Under the pieces are notes generated by a model that was not told the origin of the DNA, did not search any database, and was given only the letters and a program-made list of their open reading frames with translations. A DNA stretch of 32,000 bases. It comes from Nitratidesulfovibrio vulgaris str. Hildenborough. Its GTDB lineage: Bacteria; Desulfobacterota; Desulfovibrionia; Desulfovibrionales; Desulfovibrionaceae. Positions 9,212 through 15,936 of this stretch are shown one piece after another. How positions within the stretch are numbered: position 1 is the stretch's first letter; the number at the start of each line of letters is the position of its first letter. The DNA lies in assembly GCF_000195755.1 (NCBI RefSeq), contig NC_002937.3, positions 1,710,001-1,742,000 on the forward strand, read 5' to 3'. The position numbers were made by a program, and so were the translations under genes.

Positions 9212-9808
9212 TTAAATGAGCTTCATTGCCAATGATTTGATTTCCCGTATGTTTTTATCTGAAAGCCTAGGACTTCTTTCTTTACCCACCAGCCCCACGA
9301 AAAGTGTTCCTACAGAATCAGCCCCCACAAGTTTGGCGGCACTTTTCAGGGATTTTAAGGTGTCACTGAAATATCGTCCCATAAAACCAGGTGCAGCGCA
9401 TGACGAAACAAGAATTGCCTTCTTCCTGGCATCGCCTTCCTTGCGAAATTCAGGAGCATTCTTACTCCATGGCCAGTACCCGTAAACCACCAATCGCTCG
9501 AGAAAACGTCTGAAAAGAGCAGTTGACGAGTACATGTTCGTTGGTGATGCGAAGACATAGAAGTCGGCATTTTCAATCTTTTGAATCAATGTATTCATTT
9601 CGTCTTCATGAATACAGGTCCCAGGCTTCCTCCCTGCTTCTTGTGTGCATCTTCGACAGTTTGTGCAGAATTCAATATGTAGATTTCTGAGAACAGCGGT
9701 CTCTATTTGCATGTCAAATGTATTGGCGGCATACTCAAAATGATCAAGTATCTGATCTGTTACCCCTCCTTCGCGATATGATCCATTAATTGCGAGTATC
9801 TTCTTCAT
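9212..9808 (-). CDS. Flavodoxin-like/NADPH-dependent FMN reductase family protein with a Cys cluster (iron-sulfur flavoprotein-like)
   Basis: MKKILAINGSYREGG N-terminus is typical of the FMN_red/flavodoxin_2 fold. Cys cluster CTNCRRCTQEAGRKPGTC. The gene is visibly AT-richer than its flanks. Confidence 0.72.
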   Translation of the reverse strand: MKKILAINGSYREGGVTDQILDHFEYAANTFDMQIETAVLRNLHIEFCTNCRRCTQEAGRKPGTCIHEDEMNTLIQKIENADFYVFASPTNMYSSTALFRRFLERLVVYGYWPWSKNAPEFRKEGDARKKAILVSSCAAPGFMGRYFSDTLKSLKSAAKLVGADSVGTLFVGLVGKERSPRLSDKNIREIKSLAMKLI

Positions 9809-9950
9809 TCCACACGTCCCTGTCATTATATCGTACGAACTGTTTGAAATATTAACATGATTTCGATTGAAAGAAGAATGCTAATGTTTTCGACTTATCC
9901 GGTCAAAAGAGTTCTTCTTTGGGGGGCAGTCAATAAGCAATTGTGACTCG

Positions 9951-10946
9951 TTGGAACATATAATTCAAGCTGCCCACTTTCTTGTCCACAGGCTGTACTA
10001 CGGACGCCTCTTCATGGCGGAGACGGTGCAGGAGAAGGCCTACATATATTACCGCCGCCATCGGCGCGGGCTGTTCCTGCTCGACTTCGAGAACGCCATC
10101 TACAGCATCACGCTGGGCAAGGTGCAGGGCATGGACAAGGCCCGCCAGATGGCAGCCAGGATGACCGACGTGTGGGGCCGCCTCGGAGGCGCAATCAACG
10201 TGGTGGCCTCGTCCTTCGGGCAGGTGCTGCTGCCGCCTCTTGAGGTGTTGGACGGGCACATCGTGGAGGTGCTCGGTACGCTCAACCGCTGGATTGGCAT
10301 CGCCCCCAACCTCTTCAGGTGGATAGGCTACCTCGCCGTGGCCAGCGTCACCTTCGCGGGCGTCATGGGCCTTGTGGCAGCCGTGACAGGCATCGGCAAA
10401 CTGGCGCTGGTGGCCGTGGCCTTCGGCCTGCTCACCAAGGTCACAGGCTTGCAGACGGCGGCCCAGTGGCTGCTCAACTCCGCCTTCCTCGCCAACCCCA
10501 TCACGTGGGTCGTGCTTGGCGTGTTGTCGCTCATCGCGGAGCTTGGCGACTGCCTCGGCTGGTGGGCCGCGCTGAAGGCCGCGCTGGGCGATACTGCATG
10601 GGGCAATGCCCTCGTGGAGACGGTGCTTGCCGTCATCGCGCCGTTCCGCGTCATGTACAACGCCATTGCAGGTGTGATGGGCCTCTTTTCAGGCTCCGCC
10701 TCTGCGCCTGCCATGCCGGACGCCGCCCCCGGAGCGCCTTCCGTCGAACCTCCCGCCCCCGTGGCCTCGCTCGAAGCCGCCCGTACACCCGTGGTGCCAT
10801 CTGCCGGACTCATGCGTGAAGGGGGCAAGGTGTTCGCCAAGGGGGGCAACAGCAAGACGACGACCATCGGCACGGTCAACATCACCACAGACAAGCCGAT
10901 GGATGCCACACACCTGAAAGAGCAGCTCGTGCTGGCGGCGGGGTAG
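9951..10946 (+). pseudogene. Phage tail tape measure protein, C-terminal fragment only
   Basis: About 330 aa with the Gly/Ala/Val-rich hydrophobic segments typical of tape-measure C-terminal regions (IGYLAVASVTFAGVMGLVAAVTGIGKLALVAVAFGLL; ITWVVLGVLSLIAELG). The long N-terminal coiled-coil part is absent. Similarity begins abruptly at the junction with AT-rich DNA near 9950-10010. Confidence 0.55.
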
Positions 10947-10981
10947 GAGATGGAGCGGACGGCAACCATGTGCAAGTCACA

Positions 10982-11004
10982 CAAAAGACCCCGCATCGCG
11001 GGGC
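10982..11004 (-). terminator. Rho-independent terminator downstream of brnA (minus strand)
   Basis: On the minus strand: CCCCGC-GAT-GCGGGG (10989-11003) followed by TCTTTTGTG. Confidence 0.6.
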
Positions 11005-11041
11005 GATACGGGGTCATGACGGGCGGTGCCAGCCTGAAAGG

Positions 11042-11284
11042 CTATGCTTGCCTGCGCTCGCGCAGGTGCCTGTCGACCACGGTCTTGATGAGCGCCTGCC
11101 GCGAGATGCCAAGGTTCTTGGCCTCATTGTCGAGAGCCGCGACCATCCAGAGCGGAAAGTCTACGTTGACGCTCTTCTTCTGGCGGTTGGGATGCCGGAC
11201 GGCAGAAAGATCCAGAAAAGGGGTGATGTCTTCGCCATCGTCAAAGCGGCGGTCGAATTCTTCAGTTGAAATTTGCTCTTGCAT
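11042..11284 (-). CDS. brnA: BrnA-type (CopG/RHH) antitoxin partnered with BrnT
   Basis: MQEQISTEEFDRRFDDGEDITPFLDLSAVRHPNRQKKSVNVDFPLWMVAALDNEAKNLGISRQALIK is the signature of antitoxins paired with DUF497 toxins. It overlaps brnT by 23 nt. Confidence 0.85.
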   Translation of the reverse strand: MQEQISTEEFDRRFDDGEDITPFLDLSAVRHPNRQKKSVNVDFPLWMVAALDNEAKNLGISRQALIKTVVDRHLRERRQA

Positions 11285-11534
11285 ACAACGCCTCCTCCTC
11301 TTTGCCTGCTCGTCGTACGGAGATGATCCTGGTCGCCTTGTCCATGTCGGTGACGACGGAAGCCCAACAGCGGTTTGCCATGTAGCCGATGACAAGCCTG
11401 CGTGGTTCTTCAGTATGGGCGCTGGGAATCTCAATCAGTTGCGGGTCGTCCCACAAGGCCGTTGCTTCTTCGAAGTCAATGCCATGTTTGACTCTGTTGC
11501 TTGCGCTCTTCGCGGGGGCGTACTCGAAAACCAT
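11262..11534 (-). CDS. brnT: BrnT (DUF497) type II toxin
   Basis: MVFEYAPAKSASNRVKHGIDFEEATALWDDP...RIISVRRAGKEEEALY matches the DUF497/BrnT pattern (FEWD..K...N..KHGI.FEEA; RIISARRA..ER..Y). Confidence 0.85.
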   Translation of the reverse strand: MVFEYAPAKSASNRVKHGIDFEEATALWDDPQLIEIPSAHTEEPRRLVIGYMANRCWASVVTDMDKATRIISVRRAGKEEEALYARANFN

Positions 11535-11540
11535 ATGAAA

Positions 11541-11568
11541 ATCATATGTAAACAATGGTGATTGTCAA
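11541..11568 (-). promoter_or_regulatory. Predicted sigma-70 promoter of brnT-brnA with duplicated CATATG palindromes
   Basis: On the minus strand: TTGACA (11568-11563), 16-nt spacer, TATGAT (11546-11541). The brnT ATG (11534) begins only about 7 nt after the -10. CATATG occurs at 11532-11537 and 11543-11548. Confidence 0.45.
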
Positions 11569-11578
11569 GGTGGATACC

Positions 11579-11902
11579 ATGTCCAGACACATCGACCTCC
11601 GCATCACGGACGACGATCTCACCCTCGATGCGGGCGGGCAGCCCGTCATGCTCGAAGGCCGCGCGTCCATCGCGCAGGACATCGTACACATGATCCGCGA
11701 ATCGGGGCTTCTGGTGGACATCATCGCCAACCGCGACGCCCGGCAGCGCCGAACCAACATCGTGCGGATTACCATCGCCGTGGACGACGACAAGCGCATC
11801 GTACCCGGCTCCACTGCCGTGGAGGAGGCGCGTCCGGGCGAATACTGGCTCACGGCCCAGACCGTGGATTACGGCGAGATCACGCTCAAGCTGGAGGCAT
11901 GA
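11579..11902 (+). CDS. Phage tail/baseplate-associated small protein, DUF2590-like (family assigned from memory)
   Basis: Intact 107-aa ORF with an AAGGTGGA ribosome-binding site. MSRHIDLRITDDDLTLDAGGQPVMLEGRASIAQDIVHMIRESGLL resembles DUF2590 proteins found next to baseplate genes. Confidence 0.55.
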   Translation: MSRHIDLRITDDDLTLDAGGQPVMLEGRASIAQDIVHMIRESGLLVDIIANRDARQRRTNIVRITIAVDDDKRIVPGSTAVEEARPGEYWLTAQTVDYGEITLKLEA

Positions 11903-11922
11903 GAGATGGGCAAGGGTGAAGG

Positions 11923-12225
11923 CTATGCGTTGGCGGCTCGAACGGGCTGCACGGCACGCCATTCGGTTCTCGTGTGGGCGGTCTCCCACAGCGTGAACGC
12001 CTGCTGCATGTTCAGCCAGAGTTCCGGGGTGGTGTTGAGGGCGCGAGAGAGTCGCAAGGCGATGTCGGGCGTGATGGCCGCGCGCTCATTCACGATAGCC
12101 GAAAGGGCCTTGCGCGAAATGCCAAGCTGCTGCGCAAGTGCCGTGATCGTCAGGCCGAGCAGCTCCATGTGCATCCTGTGCAGGATGCCGCCGGGTTGCG
12201 TGGGCTTTCTGGTGCGGGTGCGCAT
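11923..12225 (-). CDS. higA: HigA-family antitoxin / XRE-type HTH protein (no cognate higB present)
   Basis: PGGILHRMHMELLGLTITALAQQLGISRKALSAIVNERAAITPDIALRLSRALNTTPELWLNMQ is the canonical HigA 'antidote' HTH. GAGGAA lies 6 nt upstream of the ATG at 12225. Confidence 0.85.
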   Translation of the reverse strand: MRTRTRKPTQPGGILHRMHMELLGLTITALAQQLGISRKALSAIVNERAAITPDIALRLSRALNTTPELWLNMQQAFTLWETAHTRTEWRAVQPVRAANA

Positions 12226-12264
12226 GGGGGATTCCTCGCAGTCCAAGAGGGTAACGGCAGGGCG

Positions 12265-12582
12265 CTATCGGCCCGGTCGGGATTCCTTGTACGCGCGCAG
12301 GATGGCGTTGATGGTGGTCTGGTACCCTTTGCCCTGCTGCTTGAACCATTCAAGTACTTCGGCATCAAGGCGCAACGTCACCTGCTTCTTGCGCGGAGGG
12401 GGCACACGTCGGGCACGCTCCCAGAACGTATCGTCCAGGATAGGGTTGTCGGGGTCGGTCTCGGCATTGGCCGTGAGCTGTGCGTCGGAAAAGGCCCTGC
12501 TGCGCTTGCCGTCGGTGAGCGGACGCATCTTGCTGATCTCTTCGATGTCGAAGTCGACCTTCTTGTCCTTATTCGTAGCCAT
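12265..12582 (-). CDS. brnA: BrnA antitoxin family protein (COG3514-type)
   Basis: DPDNPILDDTFWERARRVPPPRKKQVTLRLDAEVLEWFKQQGKGYQTTINAILRAY matches the BrnA_antitoxin pattern. Its start overlaps the end of the upstream brnT reading frame. Confidence 0.85.
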   Translation of the reverse strand: MATNKDKKVDFDIEEISKMRPLTDGKRSRAFSDAQLTANAETDPDNPILDDTFWERARRVPPPRKKQVTLRLDAEVLEWFKQQGKGYQTTINAILRAYKESRPGR

Positions 12583-12838
12583 AGTTCCTCCGCTCTCTGG
12601 AGTTTGCGCGGCGGGCGGAAATGATCCTGAACAGGTCTGCCCCGCGCATGGTGAAGGTGACGACCAGCACCATGCCCGCGTATTCCCCTATGGCTTGGCA
12701 CCGGGGTTCGCCATAGTCCTTGCGCCTGTCGTGCACGAGTTAGAGCGCACAGGCCAGCATCTGTGCCGCCTGCACGAAGTCGATGTCGTGCTTTTCAACA
12801 TTGGCCCGGCGTTTGTTTTCGTCCCACTCGAAGCGCAT
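12569..12838 (-). pseudogene. brnT: BrnT (DUF497) toxin gene inactivated by an in-frame TAA at codon 33
   Basis: My own minus-strand translation from ATG 12838 gives MRFEWDENKRRANVEKHDIDFVQAAQMLACAL*LVHDRRKDYGEPRCQAIGEYAGMVLVVTFTMRGADLFRIISARRANSRERRNYGYE*. The stop is TAA at 12742-12740. Both halves match DUF497 in the same frame. Confidence 0.8.
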
Positions 12839-12844
12839 GCCAAG

Positions 12845-12873
12845 TTTGTAGTTACAAATTGCAACTACGTCAA
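12845..12873 (-). promoter_or_regulatory. Predicted promoter plus palindromic operator of the brnT(pseudo)-brnA-higA cassette
   Basis: On the minus strand: TTGACG (12873-12868), 17-nt spacer, TACAAA (12850-12845). The imperfect 21-bp palindrome GTAGTTACAAATTGCAACTAC (12848-12868) fills the spacer. The ATG follows the -10 by 6 nt. Confidence 0.4.
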
Positions 12874-12891
12874 GGGAAGGAGCATTGTCCG

Positions 12892-13175
12892 ATGACCACC
12901 CAGACCCCTTCCGACCTCTTCACTTCCATGCTCCGGCAGGCAGGCGTTCCCGTCACCGCGCAGGACATGCAGCGCGAGTGGGATGCCATCAACACCATGC
13001 AGGACAGCCGCATCACCAACGACAGCGCATGGTCGCCGTTCTGGCGGCTCATCTCGTCCATGGTCACGGCCCCGGCGTAATGGCTGGTCTCGCTGCTGGT
13101 CGAGGACGCCTTGCCCAACACCTTTCTACGGTACGCCTCGGGCCAGTGGCTGGACGTGTTCGCGTGGGGCGTGTC
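12892..13175 (+). pseudogene. Phage baseplate-like protein, N-terminal fragment with in-frame stop (family tentative)
   Basis: AAGGAG ribosome-binding site and ATG at 12892. An in-frame TAA lies at 13078-13080, and the same frame continues WLVSLLVEDALPNTFLRYASGQWLDVFAWGV. After about 13175 the protein-like composition is lost. The position downstream of a DUF2590-like gene suggests a baseplate gene. Confidence 0.4.
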
Positions 13176-13280
13176 ATGGGGGCGCAGCCTCGCCCCGTCA
13201 CCATGCTGCGCGAGAAAAACGCCAGCCCCCGAAACAAAATCACTCCTCCGCCCCAAACCTTCGGGCTGTGCGGGTGGAAA

Positions 13281-13438
13281 AGTTGCAACTTGAAAGGGGT
13301 GGCAAAGGAGGGGTCTGGTATGCGCTGCAAGCCTTGTCTGCGGAAACTGCCGATTGCATAGAGTGCAAGGCATTGCAACGTCGTGCAATCATGTTGCACA
13401 GGGCGCATGCATGGGATGCTATATAATGCGCTGCAAAT
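13281..13438. repeat. Array of nine TGCA-core motifs, five of them phased at about 10 bp
   Basis: TGCA cores at 13284, 13326, 13355, 13364, 13374, 13384, 13395, 13408 and 13432. The array includes the perfect palindrome AGTTGCAACT (13281-13290) and the inverted repeat ATTGCA-N6-TGCAAT (13372-13389). Confidence 0.5.
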
Positions 13439-13504
13439 ATTGGCTTTGGTTTTTGTCGGGCAGGGCAGGGAGGGAGCTTGTTGTCCCTCTGTTGTCCCCA
13501 GAAC

Positions 13505-13536
13505 GCAAAAAGGTTACGAGCGACACTCGTAACCTC
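13505..13536 (-). terminator. Rho-independent terminator of tRNA-Pro
   Basis: GGTTACGAG (13512-13520), 5-nt loop, CTCGTAACC (13526-13534). On the minus strand it is followed by TTTTTGCG. Confidence 0.8.
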
Positions 13537-13545
13537 TTGATTTCA

Positions 13546-13622
13546 TGGTCGGAACGACTGGATTCGAACCAGCGACCCCCTGCTCCCAAGGCAGGTGCGC
13601 TACCAGGCTGCGCTACGTTCCG
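13546..13622 (-). tRNA. tRNA-Pro (anticodon TGG), CCA encoded
   Basis: Minus strand reads CGGAACGTAGCGCAGCCTGGTAGCGCACCTGCCTTGGGAGCAGGGGGTCGCTGGTTCGAATCCAGTCGTTCCGACCA. It folds by hand into a 77-nt cloverleaf with a 7-bp acceptor stem, anticodon loop CT-TGG-GA and T-loop TTCGAAT. Confidence 0.95.
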
Positions 13623-13707
13623 CAAGGCAGAAGGGACAGATAGACGAAAAGCGCCCTGTTAGGCAAGCCTGAAAATGTCCTTTGTTATGGATACATCTCG
13701 GGCTGGA

Positions 13708-14823
13708 TTATCGCAGGATGTTTTCAACCATGTTCAGCAGCCAGCCAGCGCACGTGAACAGCACCAGTAACAGTCCGCCAAACAGGGCTAGCAACCTCCA
13801 TTGCATCACCTGCTTGAGCATGATGAATTCTGGCAGGCTTGCCCCTACGGCGCTCATGCACAAGGCAAGGGTGGTTCCAATGGGCATCCCTTTGAGCAGC
13901 AAACTCTCCATGACGGGGATGATGCCAGTGACATTGGCGTAGAGGGGAATGCCAACCGCAACGGCCGCAGGAACCGACCACCATTGCCCCTTTCCGAGGG
14001 TCTCTTCCACCCATTCTTGTGGCAGATAGCCATGGAGTGCAGCTCCCAAGGCAACCCCCCCGATGACCCATTTCCATACTCTACTGAAAATCGAACTCGT
14101 TTCATTTTTCGCAAAAGAATGACGATCTCTCCATGTCATCTTCGGAGCAACCGCACTCGGCAACGGTGCAAAAGGCGTAAGGCCGCCACCTGCAGGGCGC
14201 ATTGCCTGTCGGATAAACGGTTGAAGCCATCGTTCAGCCTTTACCCACGACATGCATCCCCCCCCAAACACACCTGCAAGCAGGCCGATGCCGACATAGA
14301 CCAGAGTAAGCTTCCAGCCTAGCAGTCCCCACAGAAGAACGACGGCAACTTCGTTGACGAGTGGAGATGTGATGAGAAACGCCATGGTGATGCCAAGAGG
14401 AATACCCGCTGTCGAAAAACCTATGAAAAGCGGCACGCTTGAGCATGAGCAGAACGGCGTCACAGCGCCGAAGCAGGCAGCGAGCGGGTAGCCAAGCGCT
14501 TGGCGCTTTCCTGCAAGATAGGTTCGTACACGTTCGACATTCAGCCCCGCCCGCATCCAGGCAATGCCATAGACCATCATGACAAGCAGCATGAGGATCT
14601 TCACCGTGTCATACATGAAAAAGACGATAGAGCTTCCAAGGCGAGTCGAGATGTCGATTCTTAACAATTTTAGAGTGATGAACTCTGCCCACGTCTCAAG
14701 CATCATGTAACAGAAAAGCCACACTACAGAAACAACAGCGGCCTTTACAATGTATACAAGTTTAGGGTCTGCGTGGTCGCCAGATGAAGGCCCCATACTA
14801 TTTTTACAAGAACATTGGGTCAT
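13708..14823 (-). CDS. ArsP-like permease (UPF0718/COG0701 family)
   Basis: Polytopic membrane ORF with the family motif GAVTPFCSCSSVPLFIGF. It begins 5 nt downstream of arsR and lies opposite arsC. Confidence 0.78.
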   Translation of the reverse strand: MTQCSCKNSMGPSSGDHADPKLVYIVKAAVVSVVWLFCYMMLETWAEFITLKLLRIDISTRLGSSIVFFMYDTVKILMLLVMMVYGIAWMRAGLNVERVRTYLAGKRQALGYPLAACFGAVTPFCSCSSVPLFIGFSTAGIPLGITMAFLITSPLVNEVAVVLLWGLLGWKLTLVYVGIGLLAGVFGGGCMSWVKAERWLQPFIRQAMRPAGGGLTPFAPLPSAVAPKMTWRDRHSFAKNETSSIFSRVWKWVIGGVALGAALHGYLPQEWVEETLGKGQWWSVPAAVAVGIPLYANVTGIIPVMESLLLKGMPIGTTLALCMSAVGASLPEFIMLKQVMQWRLLALFGGLLLVLFTCAGWLLNMVENILR

Positions 14824-14828
14824 TGCTT

Positions 14829-15173
14829 TTATCCTTCTACTTCTTGATTGCCGTTTGCGATTCCCATACTTTCAACACAGCATTTCCTTCGAAACGGCGT
14901 ATCATATGTGCATTCCAGAAAAGCGGATAGGCATGGAAGGGCGAGGCTGTAGTAGACATTGGTGCCTTTCTTTTCGTCTTTTACGATCTTGGCGTTCTTG
15001 AGTACGCTCAAATGTCTCGAAACGGTGGACATATCCGACCCGATCAACTCTTGCAGTTCACAAACACACCGTGCTCCTCCTTTGAGGAAATGCACCATGC
15101 GCAATCGACTCGGATGCCCTAAAGCCTTAAACAATTGTGCTTGTTTTTCTATATGTTGCGTTGTGGTATCCAT
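14829..15173 (-). CDS. arsR: ArsR/SmtB family metalloregulatory repressor
   Basis: LFKALGHPSRLRMVHFLKGGARCVCELQELIGSDMSTVSRHLSVLKNAKIV contains the CVC metalloid site and the winged HTH. Confidence 0.9.
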   Translation of the reverse strand: MDTTTQHIEKQAQLFKALGHPSRLRMVHFLKGGARCVCELQELIGSDMSTVSRHLSVLKNAKIVKDEKKGTNVYYSLALPCLSAFLECTYDTPFRRKCCVESMGIANGNQEVEG

Positions 15174-15195
15174 ACACCCTCACCATTTAACTTGA

Positions 15196-15233
15196 TTATT
15201 TGGCAAAATAGACAAATAACGATTGCTTGTCAA
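15196..15233 (-). promoter_or_regulatory. arsR promoter with overlapping inverted-repeat operator
   Basis: On the minus strand: TTGACA (15233-15228), 17-nt spacer, TATTTT (15210-15205). The inverted repeat TTATTTG (15196-15202)-N10-CAAATAA (15213-15219) spans the -10. Confidence 0.55.
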
Positions 15234-15331
15234 CCACTGCGCGGTTCAGATCAGAAGTACGGCATGAAGGCGGTGTGAGCATAACGCGGCGGTAACGCCT
15301 TTTTCGTTCGACTATAACATAGGGTTATTAT

Positions 15332-15775
15332 ATGAAAAAAATACGCATTCTGTTTCTTTGCACAGGTAACTCCTGCCGAAGCCAGATGGCTGAAGGATGG
15401 GCACACGCGCTCAAAGGGGATGAAGTTGACGCCTATTCTGCGGGAGTTCTGGCAAAGGGTCTGGACCCGAAAGCCATGAAGGTGATGGCAGAATGCGGGG
15501 TGGACATCTCTCGTCAGCACTCCAAGACATTGGAAGCGTTCCCGAACCTCTCTTTCGATTTTGTCGTAACGTTATGCGGACATGCTGCAGAAAACTGTCC
15601 GTGGTTTCCGGGCACGGCACAGCGTATTCACAGGGGATTCGATGACCCGCCATCACTTGCCGCGAGAGCTGAATCACCGGAAGAAGCACTGGAGCATTAC
15701 CGCAGGGTACGGGATGAAATCCGGCTGTTCGTATCCCGATTGCCTCATTCTCTTTTGCCGGACTGGCAAGATTGA
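15332..15775 (+). CDS. arsC: Arsenate reductase, LMW-PTPase (thioredoxin-coupled) type
   Basis: [23 protein letters not shown] contains the CX5R P-loop. Downstream Cys residues lie in [13 protein letters not shown]. Confidence 0.92.
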   Translation: MKKIRILFLCTGNSCRSQMAEGWAHALKGDEVDAYSAGVLAKGLDPKAMKVMAECGVDISRQHSKTLEAFPNLSFDFVVTLCGHAAENCPWFPGTAQRIHRGFDDPPSLAARAESPEEALEHYRRVRDEIRLFVSRLPHSLLPDWQD

Positions 15776-15900
15776 AAGGTCGAGTGTTGCAGGCTCACAG
15801 GCAGGCTGACAGTTGATACTTGATTGGCATTGATTGCCGCATCAATCGGTCAGCGGTGCATCAAGCCGCCTGCTGCTGTCATTGCCGGGCTTGAATGCGA

Positions 15901-15936
15901 AAAGGGAACCCTCTGCCGATGCAGGGTTCCCTTTTC
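15901..15936 (+). terminator. Terminator between convergent arsC and lysA
   Basis: GGGAACCCT (15904-15912), 10-nt loop, AGGGTTCCC (15923-15931), then TTTTCGTT. Only AAA lies on the other side, so it mainly serves the plus strand. Confidence 0.75.

Larger units (their letters stand above)
9951..13545. mobile_element. Decayed prophage tail-module remnant adjoining the 3' end of tRNA-Pro (no integrase, capsid or terminase genes)
   Basis: Plus-strand tail-gene fragments (tape measure C-terminus, DUF2590-like, baseplate-like N-terminus) are interrupted by minus-strand TA cassettes. The segment ends at the 3' end of the tRNA. Confidence 0.5.

Noticed and set aside
8599-10100. Search for an att-type direct repeat of the tRNA-Pro 3' end at the distal island boundary
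   Set aside because: Only trivial 6-7 nt matches were seen by eye (e.g. GACTGG at about 8647). None is long enough to call. A computational repeat search is needed.
11906-12895. 329-aa plus-strand ORF spanning the higA/brnA/brnT region, and similarly the 203-aa ORF at 10950..11561 (+)
   Set aside because: Both are antisense to ORFs with clear family signatures (HigA, BrnA, BrnT). They are Arg/Ser/Cys-rich with no recognisable motifs. These are typical shadow ORFs in high-GC DNA.
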